A stretch of DNA of 64,000 nt, from the IMG/VR virus record IMGVR_UViG_3300036781_000418, positions 219,296-283,295 of that record; one strand, 5' to 3'. A program made the translations under genes and the position numbers. Source of the stretch: a virus. Within the stretch, counting starts at the first letter, position 1; each line of letters starts with the position of its first letter. This document shows, one piece after another, positions 1 through 9,167 of the stretch. The notes beneath the pieces were generated by a model, which worked only from the letters and a program-made list of their open reading frames with translations, did not search any database and was not told the DNA's origin.

Positions 1-4
1 AGCC

Positions 5-334
5 ATGAAGGTTGCACAGTTGTTCGAAGAGCTGAAAGCCTACACAGGTGGTCGGCTTTCAAAGACTCTCGAGAATGCAATGTTGGAGTTCTGCGATGCG
101 TTTGACATCGACAGCTTCTCGGTCTCAACTGAGAAGTTTCATCAGCCGCATCCAACTAAAGGTTGGAGCGATACGGTAAACGTGAAGAACTTCTTCATCA
201 ACATGGGGACTGAAAAGAACGCGACGCTGTTGAAACGGTACTTGAAGGACAAGGGCTTTGGAGTCGAAGATCGATACCGCCCTGAACATGTCGTCAATAC
301 TTGGAACGTTCCAAAGAAGTTCAAGTCAAAGTAA
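5..334 (+). CDS. hypothetical protein (109 aa)
   Basis: ORF track; same strand as neighbours; no recognisable motif. Confidence 0.45.
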   Translation: MKVAQLFEELKAYTGGRLSKTLENAMLEFCDAFDIDSFSVSTEKFHQPHPTKGWSDTVNVKNFFINMGTEKNATLLKRYLKDKGFGVEDRYRPEHVVNTWNVPKKFKSK

Positions 335-443
335 CACGCGTCGTGACCCTACATCGGTCTTCTAAGCCGATGACGAAAAAGAGTAGGATGGACGTCCACG
401 GGTTCGATTCCTGCACGCCGCTCCATAACACAGAGGACCGATC

Positions 444-806
444 ATGATTTTGCTTGAGTACCCCGACAACAAGAGCGCCCGCCAACACCTTACCTTGGGT
501 AAGGACTACGCGGTCGTTCGAGAGCTTGGCAACGGTCTCGTGATCGAGGCCGACAACTCAACTCCTGAGTCGCCCAACTTTCACACGCTGTTGGCTTCAC
601 GCTTCAAGGAAGTCGGTGTTGTGGTAAACCGTGACTGCACGAAAGCGAAGCCGATGCCGTTGGAGCTTGGACCGAGAGCGGTCGAGCTCAACATCATCTG
701 GGACCATGATGACATTGAAGACCTAGCTCCCGACCTTGACTCACGTTACGCCCACTTCAAGTGTGGTTCATGTGGGCACGATTGGTGGGCGGATTTAGGC
801 GATTAA
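444..806 (+). CDS. hypothetical protein (120 aa)
   Basis: ORF track; ends 4 nt before tRNA array. Confidence 0.45.
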   Translation: MILLEYPDNKSARQHLTLGKDYAVVRELGNGLVIEADNSTPESPNFHTLLASRFKEVGVVVNRDCTKAKPMPLELGPRAVELNIIWDHDDIEDLAPDLDSRYAHFKCGSCGHDWWADLGD

Positions 807-809
807 CTT

Positions 810-897
810 GGAGATGTGGCAGAGTGGCCTATCGCACAACCTTGGAAAGGTTGAGGACTTTATCGTCCCATGGGTTCGAATCCCATCATCTCCTCCA
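810..897 (+). tRNA. tRNA-Ser (GGA), class II
   Basis: 7-bp acceptor ggagatg/catctcc, anticodon loop TTGGAAA, long variable arm, T-arm GGTTCGAATCC, encoded CCA. Confidence 0.8.
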
Positions 898-904
898 GAC
901 AGAA

Positions 905-981
905 GCAGGGTAGCTCAGCCAGGTAGAGCGCTGGTCTCATAAGCCAGAGGTCGTGGGTTCAAATCCCTCCCGTTGCAACCA
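905..981 (+). tRNA. tRNA-Met (CAT); acceptor stem imperfect
   Basis: D-arm tagctcagccaggtagagc, anticodon loop CTCATAA, T-loop TTCAAAT, 3' CCA; acceptor pairing has mismatches. Confidence 0.6.
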
Positions 982-1062
982 ACACGTGGACCCTTGTTCA
1001 CGGTACAGCGACCGTAGCGTCGCAGTAGAATTGACTCATCAACAACGCATTGGACCGATGCT

Positions 1063-1374
1063 ATGCAACACAAGATGAACCAACTGATGCGTGTCAGCAA
1101 GACACTTGGTTTCACTGAGTTCGCGTTTCCACTCGAACTCACGTACGGTCCAGCCTACGACGGCTACTGGATTGATCGAGTTGGACGTCTCTTTTCCACC
1201 AAGCGTGGTGAAGTTACGCCGCTGATCGCCAAGTGCACGGCCTTCGTCAAGGGCAACAGCTACGGCCTCATCATCCGTGGTAAGAACAAGTCGGTCTCTG
1301 GAACCGAACTGCTCCATGAACTGCGCAGCTCGCCCGAATGGCCGGTGCTGCTCGAACAATGGGGCAACATGTAA
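1063..1374 (+). CDS. hypothetical protein (103 aa) between tRNA genes
   Basis: ORF track; only sizeable ORF in the 982-1380 spacer. Confidence 0.4.
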   Translation: MQHKMNQLMRVSKTLGFTEFAFPLELTYGPAYDGYWIDRVGRLFSTKRGEVTPLIAKCTAFVKGNSYGLIIRGKNKSVSGTELLHELRSSPEWPVLLEQWGNM

Positions 1375-1380
1375 GATCAT

Positions 1381-1466
1381 GCGCATGTGGTGTAATTGGT
1401 AGCCACACTTCTCTCAAAAGGAAGCGTCCGTAGGGCGTGTCGGTTCGAGTCCGACCATGCGCACCA
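1381..1466 (+). tRNA. tRNA-Leu (CAA), class II
   Basis: perfect acceptor gcgcatg/catgcgc, loop CTCAAAA, long variable arm, CCA. Confidence 0.8.
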
Positions 1467-1712
1467 GGTGAGACCCCCGAAGTGACTAGGACGCGAGGCG
1501 GTCATCGAGTAGAGGCGGCCACGGAATCGTGGCGGTAAGTAGTGAACACAACCTCCTCTACCGACCAGTGAGGTGACTGGATGAGAAAGCAGGGTTAAAC
1601 GCACTGATGAGCTGGTGAGAGTCCAGCGAAACGGGAAGGTGAACAGCCGATCGAGCGCTAGGTCGCGGCTCTCGACGCAGTATCCTTTCCGTATGCGTAA
1701 ATAGAAACATAT

Positions 1713-1798
1713 GCTGGAGTAGCCAAGTGGTTGACGGCAACTGCCTTGTAAGCAGTCGGAGTTATCCCGCGCAGGTTCGAATCCTGTCTCCAGCTCCA
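1713..1798 (+). tRNA. class II tRNA; anticodon loop CTTGTAA reads TGT (Tyr-like scaffold, identity ambiguous)
   Basis: acceptor gctggag/ctccagc, anticodon stem actgc/gcagt, 16-nt variable arm, T-arm, CCA. Confidence 0.65.
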
Positions 1799-2041
1799 AG
1801 AAGTTCCAGGTGACTACGTGTAGGGGGTCTGGCCCAGTGCACACAGAAAATGCGTAGGATATTGGCCGTGAGAACCATGGTTTATGAGGCATGAGAAAAA
1901 GATTTGTCGGGACTGTGCCTCCGGAAACGACATGACCTGCACGAGAATAAGAGCAATGGTAAGCTTTGCAGGGTGCCACAAATATTTGTCAACGCGGAAG
2001 CAGTTGACCGGGGCTCTGTGTTTCATCCCCAACCTATCAAT

Positions 2042-2120
2042 GTCGAAGTGGGAGAGTGGATTACTTCCGACAGGCTGCAACCCTGTAGACGCATCGGTTC
2101 GATTCCGGCCTTCGACTCCA
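2042..2120 (+). tRNA. tRNA-Cys (GCA)
   Basis: acceptor gtcgaag/cttcgac, loop CTGCAAC, T-loop TTCGATT, CCA. Confidence 0.7.
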
Positions 2121-2233
2121 AACGGGACCCTACGTAAGGGTAAAACGTCTGACCTGACGGGGAAACGCTTGAAGGGGCGCCTGACGGTGGGAGAAACAGA
2201 CGACGAAACTGTAGGTCCTTCGGTTTCAACAAT

Positions 2234-2319
2234 GCGACTGTGGCGTAATTGGTAGCCGCGCAACGCTCAGAACGTTGTGGTCCTAGACCGTGGAGGTTCG
2301 AGTCCTCTCAGTCGCACCA
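2234..2319 (+). tRNA. tRNA-Leu (CAG), class II
   Basis: acceptor gcgactg/cagtcgc, loop CTCAGAA, long variable arm, CCA. Confidence 0.8.
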
Positions 2320-2328
2320 TTGATCAAT

Positions 2329-2416
2329 AGCGGGGTAGAGCGTAGTTTGGTAGCGTGTTGGGCTCATAACCCAGCGTCGTAAGACCCCGGAGGTTCGAGT
2401 CCTCCTCCCGCAACCA
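2329..2416 (+). tRNA. tRNA with CAT anticodon and a structured (GTAA-capped) variable arm; Met/Ile(lysidine)-like
   Basis: loop CTCATAA in stem ttggg/cccag, variable arm gtc-gtaa-gac, T-arm ggagg-TTCGAGT-cctcc, CCA; D-stem non-canonical. Confidence 0.55.
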
Positions 2417-2467
2417 CAACAATGGTCCAATAGTGTAGTAGCACGATCAACAAAAGCACATCATCAT

Positions 2468-2630
2468 GGCGGTAGCCAAGCCTAGGAGAGCGCATCTCCC
2501 ACTGATGAAGGAGCAGGTGGAGAATCGGGACTCCTGCGTTGGATCACCAGAATTAAGCAACCGATAGATAACGGTTATCAGAAAGTAGCGTCGAAAGACT
2601 TGTGGGTTCGAGTCCCACCTGAGAGTCACC
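2468..2630 (+). ncRNA. about 160-nt structured RNA ending in a canonical tRNA T-arm (interrupted tRNA or tRNA-like element)
   Basis: several internal hairpins (gcagg..cctgc, aaccg..cggtt) and 3' gtggg-TTCGAGT-cccac; no ORF support. Confidence 0.35.
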
Positions 2631-2743
2631 TAAGACGTGATGGTTTGTACTCAGTGGCGGAATTGGTAAACGCACAACTCCGGCCGCAAGGCCATCTCCG
2701 TGTCGCTCCTTTGTTGCTTTTCATAAACTAGAGGAACTTTCCC

Positions 2744-3190
2744 ATGTCAACCAAGTATGAACTCCACGTCACCACGTGGGAGTGTGATGCTGATCATCAC
2801 TTGACCAAGATTCTCGAGAATCTTAGCCGTGACGACGTTACCGCGTTCGTTGAACTGGCCAAGAAGTTCGCCTCAACACACGCCACACCACCGGGCGTCG
2901 GCAACCACAGTGTGGCCGACGACGTGCTCGTTGAGGCGGTCCAGTCGGTGCTGACAAAGTACCCAGACGCTTACTATCTTCAGCTGCTCTTTGAACAAGA
3001 CGCACCTAAAGATTACCAAGGTGACATCAGCCTTGCTGACTTTTACTGGCAGGCCCTATGCGAGTCGCTGTTGGACTATCCAGTGATCGAGCCGTACCAA
3101 GACGAGTACCACTTTTGCCGCGTCTACTGCGTCCACAAGGTCTATGAAGTCCCAGTCGCGAAGGTCGACGTCACGGAGTGTTTCCAATGA
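2744..3190 (+). CDS. hypothetical protein (148 aa)
   Basis: ORF track; RBS-like gaggaa 9 nt upstream of ATG. Confidence 0.55.
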   Translation: MSTKYELHVTTWECDADHHLTKILENLSRDDVTAFVELAKKFASTHATPPGVGNHSVADDVLVEAVQSVLTKYPDAYYLQLLFEQDAPKDYQGDISLADFYWQALCESLLDYPVIEPYQDEYHFCRVYCVHKVYEVPVAKVDVTECFQ

Positions 3191-3459
3191 GACCGCTGAA
3201 CGCACGCCAGATCGGCGAGCTTGAAGCCCGTGAGTTTCTCGGCGACGAAACGTGGAAGCGTTGGAAGATCGCGTATGACGAAGCCATGGGCTACCGCAAG
3301 ACGCTGAAAGGCAAACCGACGGAGGAGCAGCTGCTGACCCTCCAGAACAACGCAATGGACATCGAGTTCTACGGCTCCGTGCTGTTCCACTCGGCGACCC
3401 TTGCAAACCGAAACATGTGCGGCTGCACTCGATGCGGCCAAGCACGACAGAACAAGTAA
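3187..3459 (+). CDS. hypothetical protein (~90 aa), C-terminal Cys cluster
   Basis: ATGA overlap with upstream stop; CGCTRCG motif. Confidence 0.45.
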   Translation: MRPLNARQIGELEAREFLGDETWKRWKIAYDEAMGYRKTLKGKPTEEQLLTLQNNAMDIEFYGSVLFHSATLANRNMCGCTRCGQARQNK

Positions 3460-3494
3460 ACCGCTCGTTGTTGATTATCCCTTCCACCCTTAGG

Positions 3495-3561
3495 GACCTT
3501 AGTGTAACTGGTAGCATTCCGGATTGATACTCCGGGGGATGGGTTCGAATCCCTGGTCAAA
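3495..3561 (+). tRNA. degenerate tRNA-Ile(GAT)-like pseudogene
   Basis: anticodon arm ccgga-TTGATAC-tccgg and TTCGAAT T-loop present; acceptor and T stems do not pair. Confidence 0.3.
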
Positions 3562-3715
3562 CTCGACGACACTTCTTTGTTTACTTCTCAAAAACGCCGG
3601 CCTTCACGGGTCGGACCTTCGCCGAACGTGGTAGGCGTATCGCTGGCTAAATCGATTATGCGGGCGTAGCTAAGTAAAGACAACTCTTTCTAGTTATCGG
3701 ACTAAACTGGACCAT

Positions 3716-3805
3716 GGAGATATGGCTGAGAGGCTTAAGGCGACGGTTTGCTAAATCGTAGGCCCTTCACCGGGCCCGTGGGTTCGAATCCCACTATCTC
3801 CTCCA
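3716..3805 (+). tRNA. tRNA-Ser (GCT), class II
   Basis: acceptor ggagata/tatctcc, loop TTGCTAA, long variable arm, CCA. Confidence 0.8.
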
Positions 3806-3985
3806 AACACGATGTCACGTCAGATTTTGAGAACTCCGAGGGCCGCACCTCGATAACTTGCGGTCGGTGGTCACGCCATCGTGAATAACGCGTGACGGGT
3901 TCGGCTCTACCCCAGTTAGCAAATGAGCAGGCACGGCAGGAGTCTTTAACGCATCGTTGGACGGAGGTCCATCATGTCCGCTTAT

Positions 3986-4072
3986 GGGGAGTTGGTAGCG
4001 TGGCGCTTAACCGGTTTCGAAAGCCGGCCGCCCTCTTACGGGGGCAGGGTTCGATTCCCTAACTCCCCTCCA
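3986..4072 (+). tRNA. tRNA-Ser (CGA), class II
   Basis: perfect acceptor ggggagt/actcccc, loop TTCGAAA, long variable arm, CCA. Confidence 0.75.
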
Positions 4073-4085
4073 ACTTTACACCATC

Positions 4086-4385
4086 ATGAAACTTCGCTAC
4101 GTTCTTCAGGCACTCAGGGACCAGCTCCCTATTCGCCGCTTCCTACGCAACTTTCTCGTGACGAGAAACGCGTGGGGCCTGTTCCACATCAACTCACACG
4201 TCGCACAGCGCTCAGGTAAGCCTAAGGTCGGCTACCCAACGAAGGCGTCGGCGATTCGAGCTGGTGAGAATATGGGGAAGAAGACGGGCTACCACTACAG
4301 CCCGTACAAGTGCTGCCACTGCGCCGACTTTCACATCGGTCGGAACCGCGACTCCATCGCAGCCCGACCTGAACAACGACCTTAG
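4086..4385 (+). CDS. hypothetical basic protein (99 aa), Cys/His motif CCHCADFH
   Basis: ORF track. Confidence 0.45.
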   Translation: MKLRYVLQALRDQLPIRRFLRNFLVTRNAWGLFHINSHVAQRSGKPKVGYPTKASAIRAGENMGKKTGYHYSPYKCCHCADFHIGRNRDSIAARPEQRP

Positions 4386-5503
4386 ACGGCCGTTGGTGTG
4401 CTTGGCGCGGCCAAGGTGGTCATAGCCGCCGAGATCTGCGTCGAACCGACGAAGCCGGTGTTGATGTACTGGAACGTCGCGCCAGCCACACCCTTAACGG
4501 CGAAGCCAGTGCTGCCGTTCGAGTAGATCGTCGAAGCCAGCGACGCGAAGGTGCCGCCGTTGGCGACCACCGCAACGTCCGCGTTCAGCGAATCGTTCGT
4601 CACGTACATGCCTTCCACGACCAACGTGCCACCCAGCACCGAGACGGCACCAGTTGCGTTGTTGGCTTCAAGGCCGCCGTTCGACAGGTAGATCTTGCCA
4701 GACCGCATGATGATGGCGGGTGAAGCACCGCACTCGGACACGAAGTTGCGAGCGTAGCCCGACACGTTCAGCAGGTCGACGGCCGCGGTGGAACCGCTGG
4801 CGACCTTGATGTCGACATTGACCCAGTGCATTGGCGAGGCCGTGACCGAGGTGCCGTTCACGAGGATGGCGCGCTGGCCGGCGTTCTGCATGGCGATCTT
4901 GACGTTGCGCAGTTCGAGCAGTCCAGCATTGACGCCGGTCATGGTGATAGCATCACCAGCACTTGGGTTGACCATCACGTCGCACAAGCCAAGGATCGTG
5001 TTGAACTCGTTGCCGTTCAGCGTGGTCGACGGGTTGTAGGTGACGGAGCCGTTGATCGTGGTGCCAGCACCGGTGGAACCACCGAAGCCGACGATCACGG
5101 TGCGAGGGCGTGACACGCTCACGGCACCTGAGTAGACGCCTGGAAATACGAGGATGGTTGCCAAGGCACCGTCGGCCACGACCGTCAGCGCGTTGTCATG
5201 TGCCTTCTGGATAGTCAGGAACGGCTTGGAGATCGAACCGTCACCAGTCGTGTCGTTGCCGGTCTTGGAGACGAAGATGGCGGGCGTGAACGGTGCGATC
5301 GTCGTTGGCGCGCTGCCGCCACCTTCTTCGAACTCGATCCAGGCGGTGCCGTCCCAGGTGTAGTAGGTACCAGGCGCAACGCCTTCATCCGTAATGAGGA
5401 TGATGTTGCCAGGCTTGATGTCGTTTGGGTAGGTCGCGGCGAAGGAGTCGGCGCGAGCACGGGTCATCGTCTGTGGACCCTTACCAATAGCACGATAGGT
5501 CAT
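4382..5503 (-). CDS. tailspike/depolymerase-like protein with pectate-lyase-type beta-helix
   Basis: minus ORF; start moved to the MTYRAIGKG ATG with AAGGA RBS; Gly/Asn/Thr/Val-rich repeats and the SKPFLTIQKA pattern typical of the pectin-lyase fold. Confidence 0.55.
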   Translation of the reverse strand: MTYRAIGKGPQTMTRARADSFAATYPNDIKPGNIILITDEGVAPGTYYTWDGTAWIEFEEGGGSAPTTIAPFTPAIFVSKTGNDTTGDGSISKPFLTIQKAHDNALTVVADGALATILVFPGVYSGAVSVSRPRTVIVGFGGSTGAGTTINGSVTYNPSTTLNGNEFNTILGLCDVMVNPSAGDAITMTGVNAGLLELRNVKIAMQNAGQRAILVNGTSVTASPMHWVNVDIKVASGSTAAVDLLNVSGYARNFVSECGASPAIIMRSGKIYLSNGGLEANNATGAVSVLGGTLVVEGMYVTNDSLNADVAVVANGGTFASLASTIYSNGSTGFAVKGVAGATFQYINTGFVGSTQISAAMTTLAAPSTPTAV

Positions 5504-5611
5504 AGTGTTCCTTGTCAGGTAGTCATCCTGGTATTTAGCAAACCAACACACCAGGTTGTTCAACGTGAACCCACCCACGTACAATAGAGCAACCACCACC
5601 CAAGGAACGCT

Positions 5612-6289
5612 ATGCTGCTCGCGGCCCTAGCCCTCTCAACCACGATCTCGACCTGTTCCTGGAACAACCCAGGTGCCGATCCGTACATGGGTCGTTTTGA
5701 GGACGCGATCGACCGCTACGAGTTCATCGACGAAGACGTGCGGGCCAGGCTGAAGGCCAAGGTTGCGGCACATGAGTACGACGACATGGTGGAGATCAAG
5801 CGTGACGAGATCCACGGACGGCAGGAGTACTCCAACGAGCTCTCCAACATGAACTTCGGCAAGGGTCGGGTCTGCGTGACGGTGGACCGGTCTGGTTGGA
5901 AGCCGGAGCACGTTGAACGTGGCCTGGTGTTCTGTGTCGACGGCACCTGCATCTTGATTCCCACGGTTTGCCGTAACGTGACCGTAATAACTCGGCTTCA
6001 ACGGCTGACGGGTGGCGCCTCAGCTGGGCCGCTTGAAGGCCAGACGTTCGGTCTCGGTCCAGCTCCAGTGTCGCCACCCACCTCGCTACCGGTCGATGAC
6101 GTCACGTACGGCCTCTCGGCGACACCGGTGGGGCCGAGTACGTTTAGTTCGCCACCGATGTTGTACCAACCAATCGTCGTTCCACCGTTGCCGCCACTCA
6201 CCGCGATCCCCGTCGTGCCCGAGCCGTCCAGCCTGTGGCTGATGCTCGTCGGGCTGGCCATGATCGCGGTTCGAAAGCTCCGTCGGTAA
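5612..6289 (+). CDS. PEP-CTERM sorting-signal protein (putative exosortase substrate)
   Basis: N-terminal signal-like segment; C-terminus VPEPSSLWLMLVGLAMIAVRKLRR matches PEP + TM + Arg-rich. Confidence 0.65.
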   Translation: MLLAALALSTTISTCSWNNPGADPYMGRFEDAIDRYEFIDEDVRARLKAKVAAHEYDDMVEIKRDEIHGRQEYSNELSNMNFGKGRVCVTVDRSGWKPEHVERGLVFCVDGTCILIPTVCRNVTVITRLQRLTGGASAGPLEGQTFGLGPAPVSPPTSLPVDDVTYGLSATPVGPSTFSSPPMLYQPIVVPPLPPLTAIPVVPEPSSLWLMLVGLAMIAVRKLRR

Positions 6290-6591
6290 TGGCCACCTAC
6301 GACTCCAAGGCTGAGTGCCCGCTCTGTCGTCGTCCGCTCGGTGACGACAAGATTGAGTGGCACCACCTGACACCAAAGTCCAAGGGTGGTGAGACCACCT
6401 ACCCACTCCACGCGATCTGTCACCGCAAGATCCACGCCACCTTCAACAACGACGAGCTTGCCGCGACGTACAACACGTTCGGTGCGCTGCGGTCCCATTC
6501 AGCAATAGACTCGTTCGTGAAGTGGGTTCGCAAGAAGGACGGCACGTTCTATGATCGGTCAGCTCCAGCCAAACGAAAGAAACGAAAATGA
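6289..6591 (+). CDS. HNH endonuclease
   Basis: C-x2-C ... EWHHLTPKSKGG ... HAICHRKIH; ATG overlaps upstream TAA. Confidence 0.7.
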   Translation: MATYDSKAECPLCRRPLGDDKIEWHHLTPKSKGGETTYPLHAICHRKIHATFNNDELAATYNTFGALRSHSAIDSFVKWVRKKDGTFYDRSAPAKRKKRK

Positions 6592-6890
6592 GCGACAAAA
6601 ACCAGCTTGAGCCAGACGACCTTGCGATCGTGATCAAGAGCCTTACTGGCAAGTCCATCGGCAAGATAGTCACCTGCCTCCACAAGAACCCCATGGGGCC
6701 TGACCCCGTGTTCGGTGACGTGTGGCTGGTCCAGTCCTCACACGCCGACCTCATGGTCTTCGTGGACGGCACGACCTCGAACCAAGCCCACATGCCGCAG
6801 GACTGGCTGAAGAAGATTCCCAAAGACCCCATCCCGGACGATGAAGACGTCCTTGAACTTAACCCTACTAAGGAACTGGAGAACGTATGA
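6588..6890 (+). CDS. hypothetical protein (100 aa)
   Basis: ORF track; ATGA overlap. Confidence 0.5.
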   Translation: MSDKNQLEPDDLAIVIKSLTGKSIGKIVTCLHKNPMGPDPVFGDVWLVQSSHADLMVFVDGTTSNQAHMPQDWLKKIPKDPIPDDEDVLELNPTKELENV

Positions 6891-7192
6891 TCGACCAAAC
6901 AGTGATCACGTACTACGCTATCGTCATGACGCTCAACGTCCTCAACATTGTGTTTTGGATTTGGTACGATCGTACCACGGGTGGACTGACCGACGGCGAG
7001 TTCACAATCGGCACGTTGCTGTTGTGTATCGCGTTCTTTGCACTTGGTTGGGTGCCTATCTTGGGCTTGATCATCGTGATCATGACAACCTTTGCGGCCA
7101 TCGGAACGGCGTATGACGAAAACCTCTTGCGCTTCAAGGACTTTATCCACATGCCCATCGTGCGTAAGCGAGAACCGAAGAACCCAGATTGA
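6887..7192 (+). CDS. small membrane protein (2-3 TM)
   Basis: ORF track; hydrophobic segments; ATGA overlap. Confidence 0.5.
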   Translation: MIDQTVITYYAIVMTLNVLNIVFWIWYDRTTGGLTDGEFTIGTLLLCIAFFALGWVPILGLIIVIMTTFAAIGTAYDENLLRFKDFIHMPIVRKREPKNPD

Positions 7193-7303
7193 GGTTCATG
7201 AGTAGAACCCAAGGGCTTACTATGGTCAGGCGTCGACGCTAAATAGGCAGTCGATCAAGAAGATCGACGCTTTGATCTAACTTTACCTTTTTGGAGATAT
7301 TTT

Positions 7304-8383
7304 ATGAAGATGCATCTGATTTTCTTGAACGACCACTCTGGCTCAATGCAGGGTATCACGCGCTACGCGATGGCTGACTACAACTCAGTCACCAAGGCCG
7401 CTGCCGACGCCGCAGCCGCCCACAACATCCCCTCGACCTTCACGACAATTTCCTTCGGCAAGTACAACGGTGGCCGCTTTGCAGGGCGTGGCTACGCACC
7501 GATGCTGGAATCCCAGTTCGTGCCGTCTGACATCGCCAAGGCCATGACGAGCTGGCCAGCCGACGGCGGCACCCCGCTGTGGGAGGCCTTGATCCTTGCG
7601 ATCAACACCGCCATGTCGGCGCCGGACTACGCCGACCCTGAAACCACCTTCAACGTCGTGCTGACGACCGACGGCCAAGCGACCGACGATTACGAGTACG
7701 GCGGCGCAGCCCAGAAGCTGATGAAGGAGTGCATCGCCACCGACCGCTGGACCTTCGTGTTCCGCGTTCCGCGTGGTGGTGCTCGTTCGATCATCCAGAA
7801 GGGTGTGGACGAAGGCAACGTGATCGAGTGGGAACAGTCCGCAAAGGGTGTCGCCGATTCGACGGCCGCCACGTCGCGTGGTATGCAGGACATGTACCTT
7901 GGTCGCACGCAAGGTGTCCGTTCGACGAAGACCTTCTACTCGAGCCTGAAGGACGTCACCTCCGCCGACGTCAAGGCCGTGCTGACGGACATCTCAAAGG
8001 AAGTCCAACTCTGGCCGGTGTCAGCACCGGAAGCTGGCACGCAGATCCGCACGTTCGTCGAGTCCCGTCTTAACGATGGCAAAGGTGGCAAGCTGCTCAA
8101 GGGTGGTGCGTTCTACCAGCTGGTGAAGACCGAGACGAAGATCCAGGACTACAAGCTCATCGCCATCCGCGACAAGACGTCCGCCTCGATCTACTGCGGT
8201 GCCGCAGCCCGTGACATGCTCGGCCTGCCGAAGTACGGTGACGTTCGCGTTGCGCCGCAGGACCACGGCAACTTCGACGTGTTCATCCAGTCAACCAGCG
8301 TGAACCGCAAGGTCGATGCTGGCACCCAGATCATGTACTGGCCTGGTGTCGGTGTTGCGTACAAGGAGGGCGCCTCAGCCTAA
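7304..8383 (+). CDS. von Willebrand factor A (vWA) domain protein
   Basis: MIDAS-like LIFLNDHSGSM, TPLWEAL, LTTDGQATDD. Confidence 0.65.
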   Translation: MKMHLIFLNDHSGSMQGITRYAMADYNSVTKAAADAAAAHNIPSTFTTISFGKYNGGRFAGRGYAPMLESQFVPSDIAKAMTSWPADGGTPLWEALILAINTAMSAPDYADPETTFNVVLTTDGQATDDYEYGGAAQKLMKECIATDRWTFVFRVPRGGARSIIQKGVDEGNVIEWEQSAKGVADSTAATSRGMQDMYLGRTQGVRSTKTFYSSLKDVTSADVKAVLTDISKEVQLWPVSAPEAGTQIRTFVESRLNDGKGGKLLKGGAFYQLVKTETKIQDYKLIAIRDKTSASIYCGAAARDMLGLPKYGDVRVAPQDHGNFDVFIQSTSVNRKVDAGTQIMYWPGVGVAYKEGASA

Positions 8384-8445
8384 ACTGCTGGGTTACCCCA
8401 ACCAAACAAAGGGGCCTTGTGCCCCTTCTTTCATTTGAGGACAAG

Positions 8446-8946
8446 ATGGCTGGATATCACGTTACCAACATTCCGCGCGGCGAGTACGGCGAGCTCTCAA
8501 AGATCCAAGAGGAGCTGCTTGAGGCGATCGACTCCGAACACCAGGGCGTCAAGCTCATGGTGGCTCAAGAGTTGTCGGACATCATCGGCGCGATTCAAGG
8601 CTACCTGGCCAAGCACATGCCCGACACCACGCTCACCGACCTGGTGCAGATGAGTGAGGTCACCCAGCGCGCCTTCAAGGCCGGGGGTCGCACACCGAAG
8701 CCTGAGACCGATGGCACGGGCAAGTATTCAGTGTCAGACTTGATGAGTCTTACACCAGGTGCTCGAACCAAGACGCCGTTCATCGACGGCCAAGTGATCA
8801 AGTCATCTTGGGTGCGGGCAAATCGTGAAGGCCACATTGAACTAGTCGTGTTGGAGTTGATGTCGGGCCTGCAGCTGGAACTGCTGGCGGCTGAACGCAA
8901 CGACCTGCAAACCATCGGCGTGATCTTTGGAAAGGACACCGTATGA
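8446..8946 (+). CDS. hypothetical protein
   Basis: ORF track; start set at the MAGYH ATG. Confidence 0.45.
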   Translation: MAGYHVTNIPRGEYGELSKIQEELLEAIDSEHQGVKLMVAQELSDIIGAIQGYLAKHMPDTTLTDLVQMSEVTQRAFKAGGRTPKPETDGTGKYSVSDLMSLTPGARTKTPFIDGQVIKSSWVRANREGHIELVVLELMSGLQLELLAAERNDLQTIGVIFGKDTV

Positions 8947-9167
8947 GTCACATCAGTCGGGATATTAAGGACTTCAACGACGCGCTCGATGACGAACTGA
9001 TAAACGCCCTTGACCGCGCCATTTTTGATGAACTCATGAATGAGCAGGATTTTCCTGACCGTGAGCTTGTCATGCGAGTGTGGGACGCAACCCTGGCCAA
9101 CGGCGTGCGCAACGTCTTTGACGGTCCACTGCTGTACAAAATTATCAAGTGCAAGGACGAAAAATGA
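8943..9167 (+). CDS. hypothetical protein (74 aa)
   Basis: ORF track; ATGA overlap. Confidence 0.45.
   Translation: MSHISRDIKDFNDALDDELINALDRAIFDELMNEQDFPDRELVMRVWDATLANGVRNVFDGPLLYKIIKCKDEK

Noticed and set aside
905-981. Possibility that the first CAT tRNA is an initiator tRNA-fMet
   Set aside because: The anticodon stem lacks the three consecutive G-C pairs and the acceptor end is irregular. It cannot be assigned from sequence alone.
1467-1712. GC-rich 246-nt spacer with gaggcgg-type short repeats inside tRNA array 1
   Set aside because: No convincing secondary structure or motif beyond local repeats. Probably tRNA-precursor spacer; noted but not elevated.
1377-2263. Track ORFs overlapping tRNA genes (1377-1979 minus, 1814-2263 minus, 1884-2255 plus and others)
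   Set aside because: They run through several well-formed tRNA genes and their GC-rich spacers. Translations contain typical tRNA read-through peptides such as GFEP.
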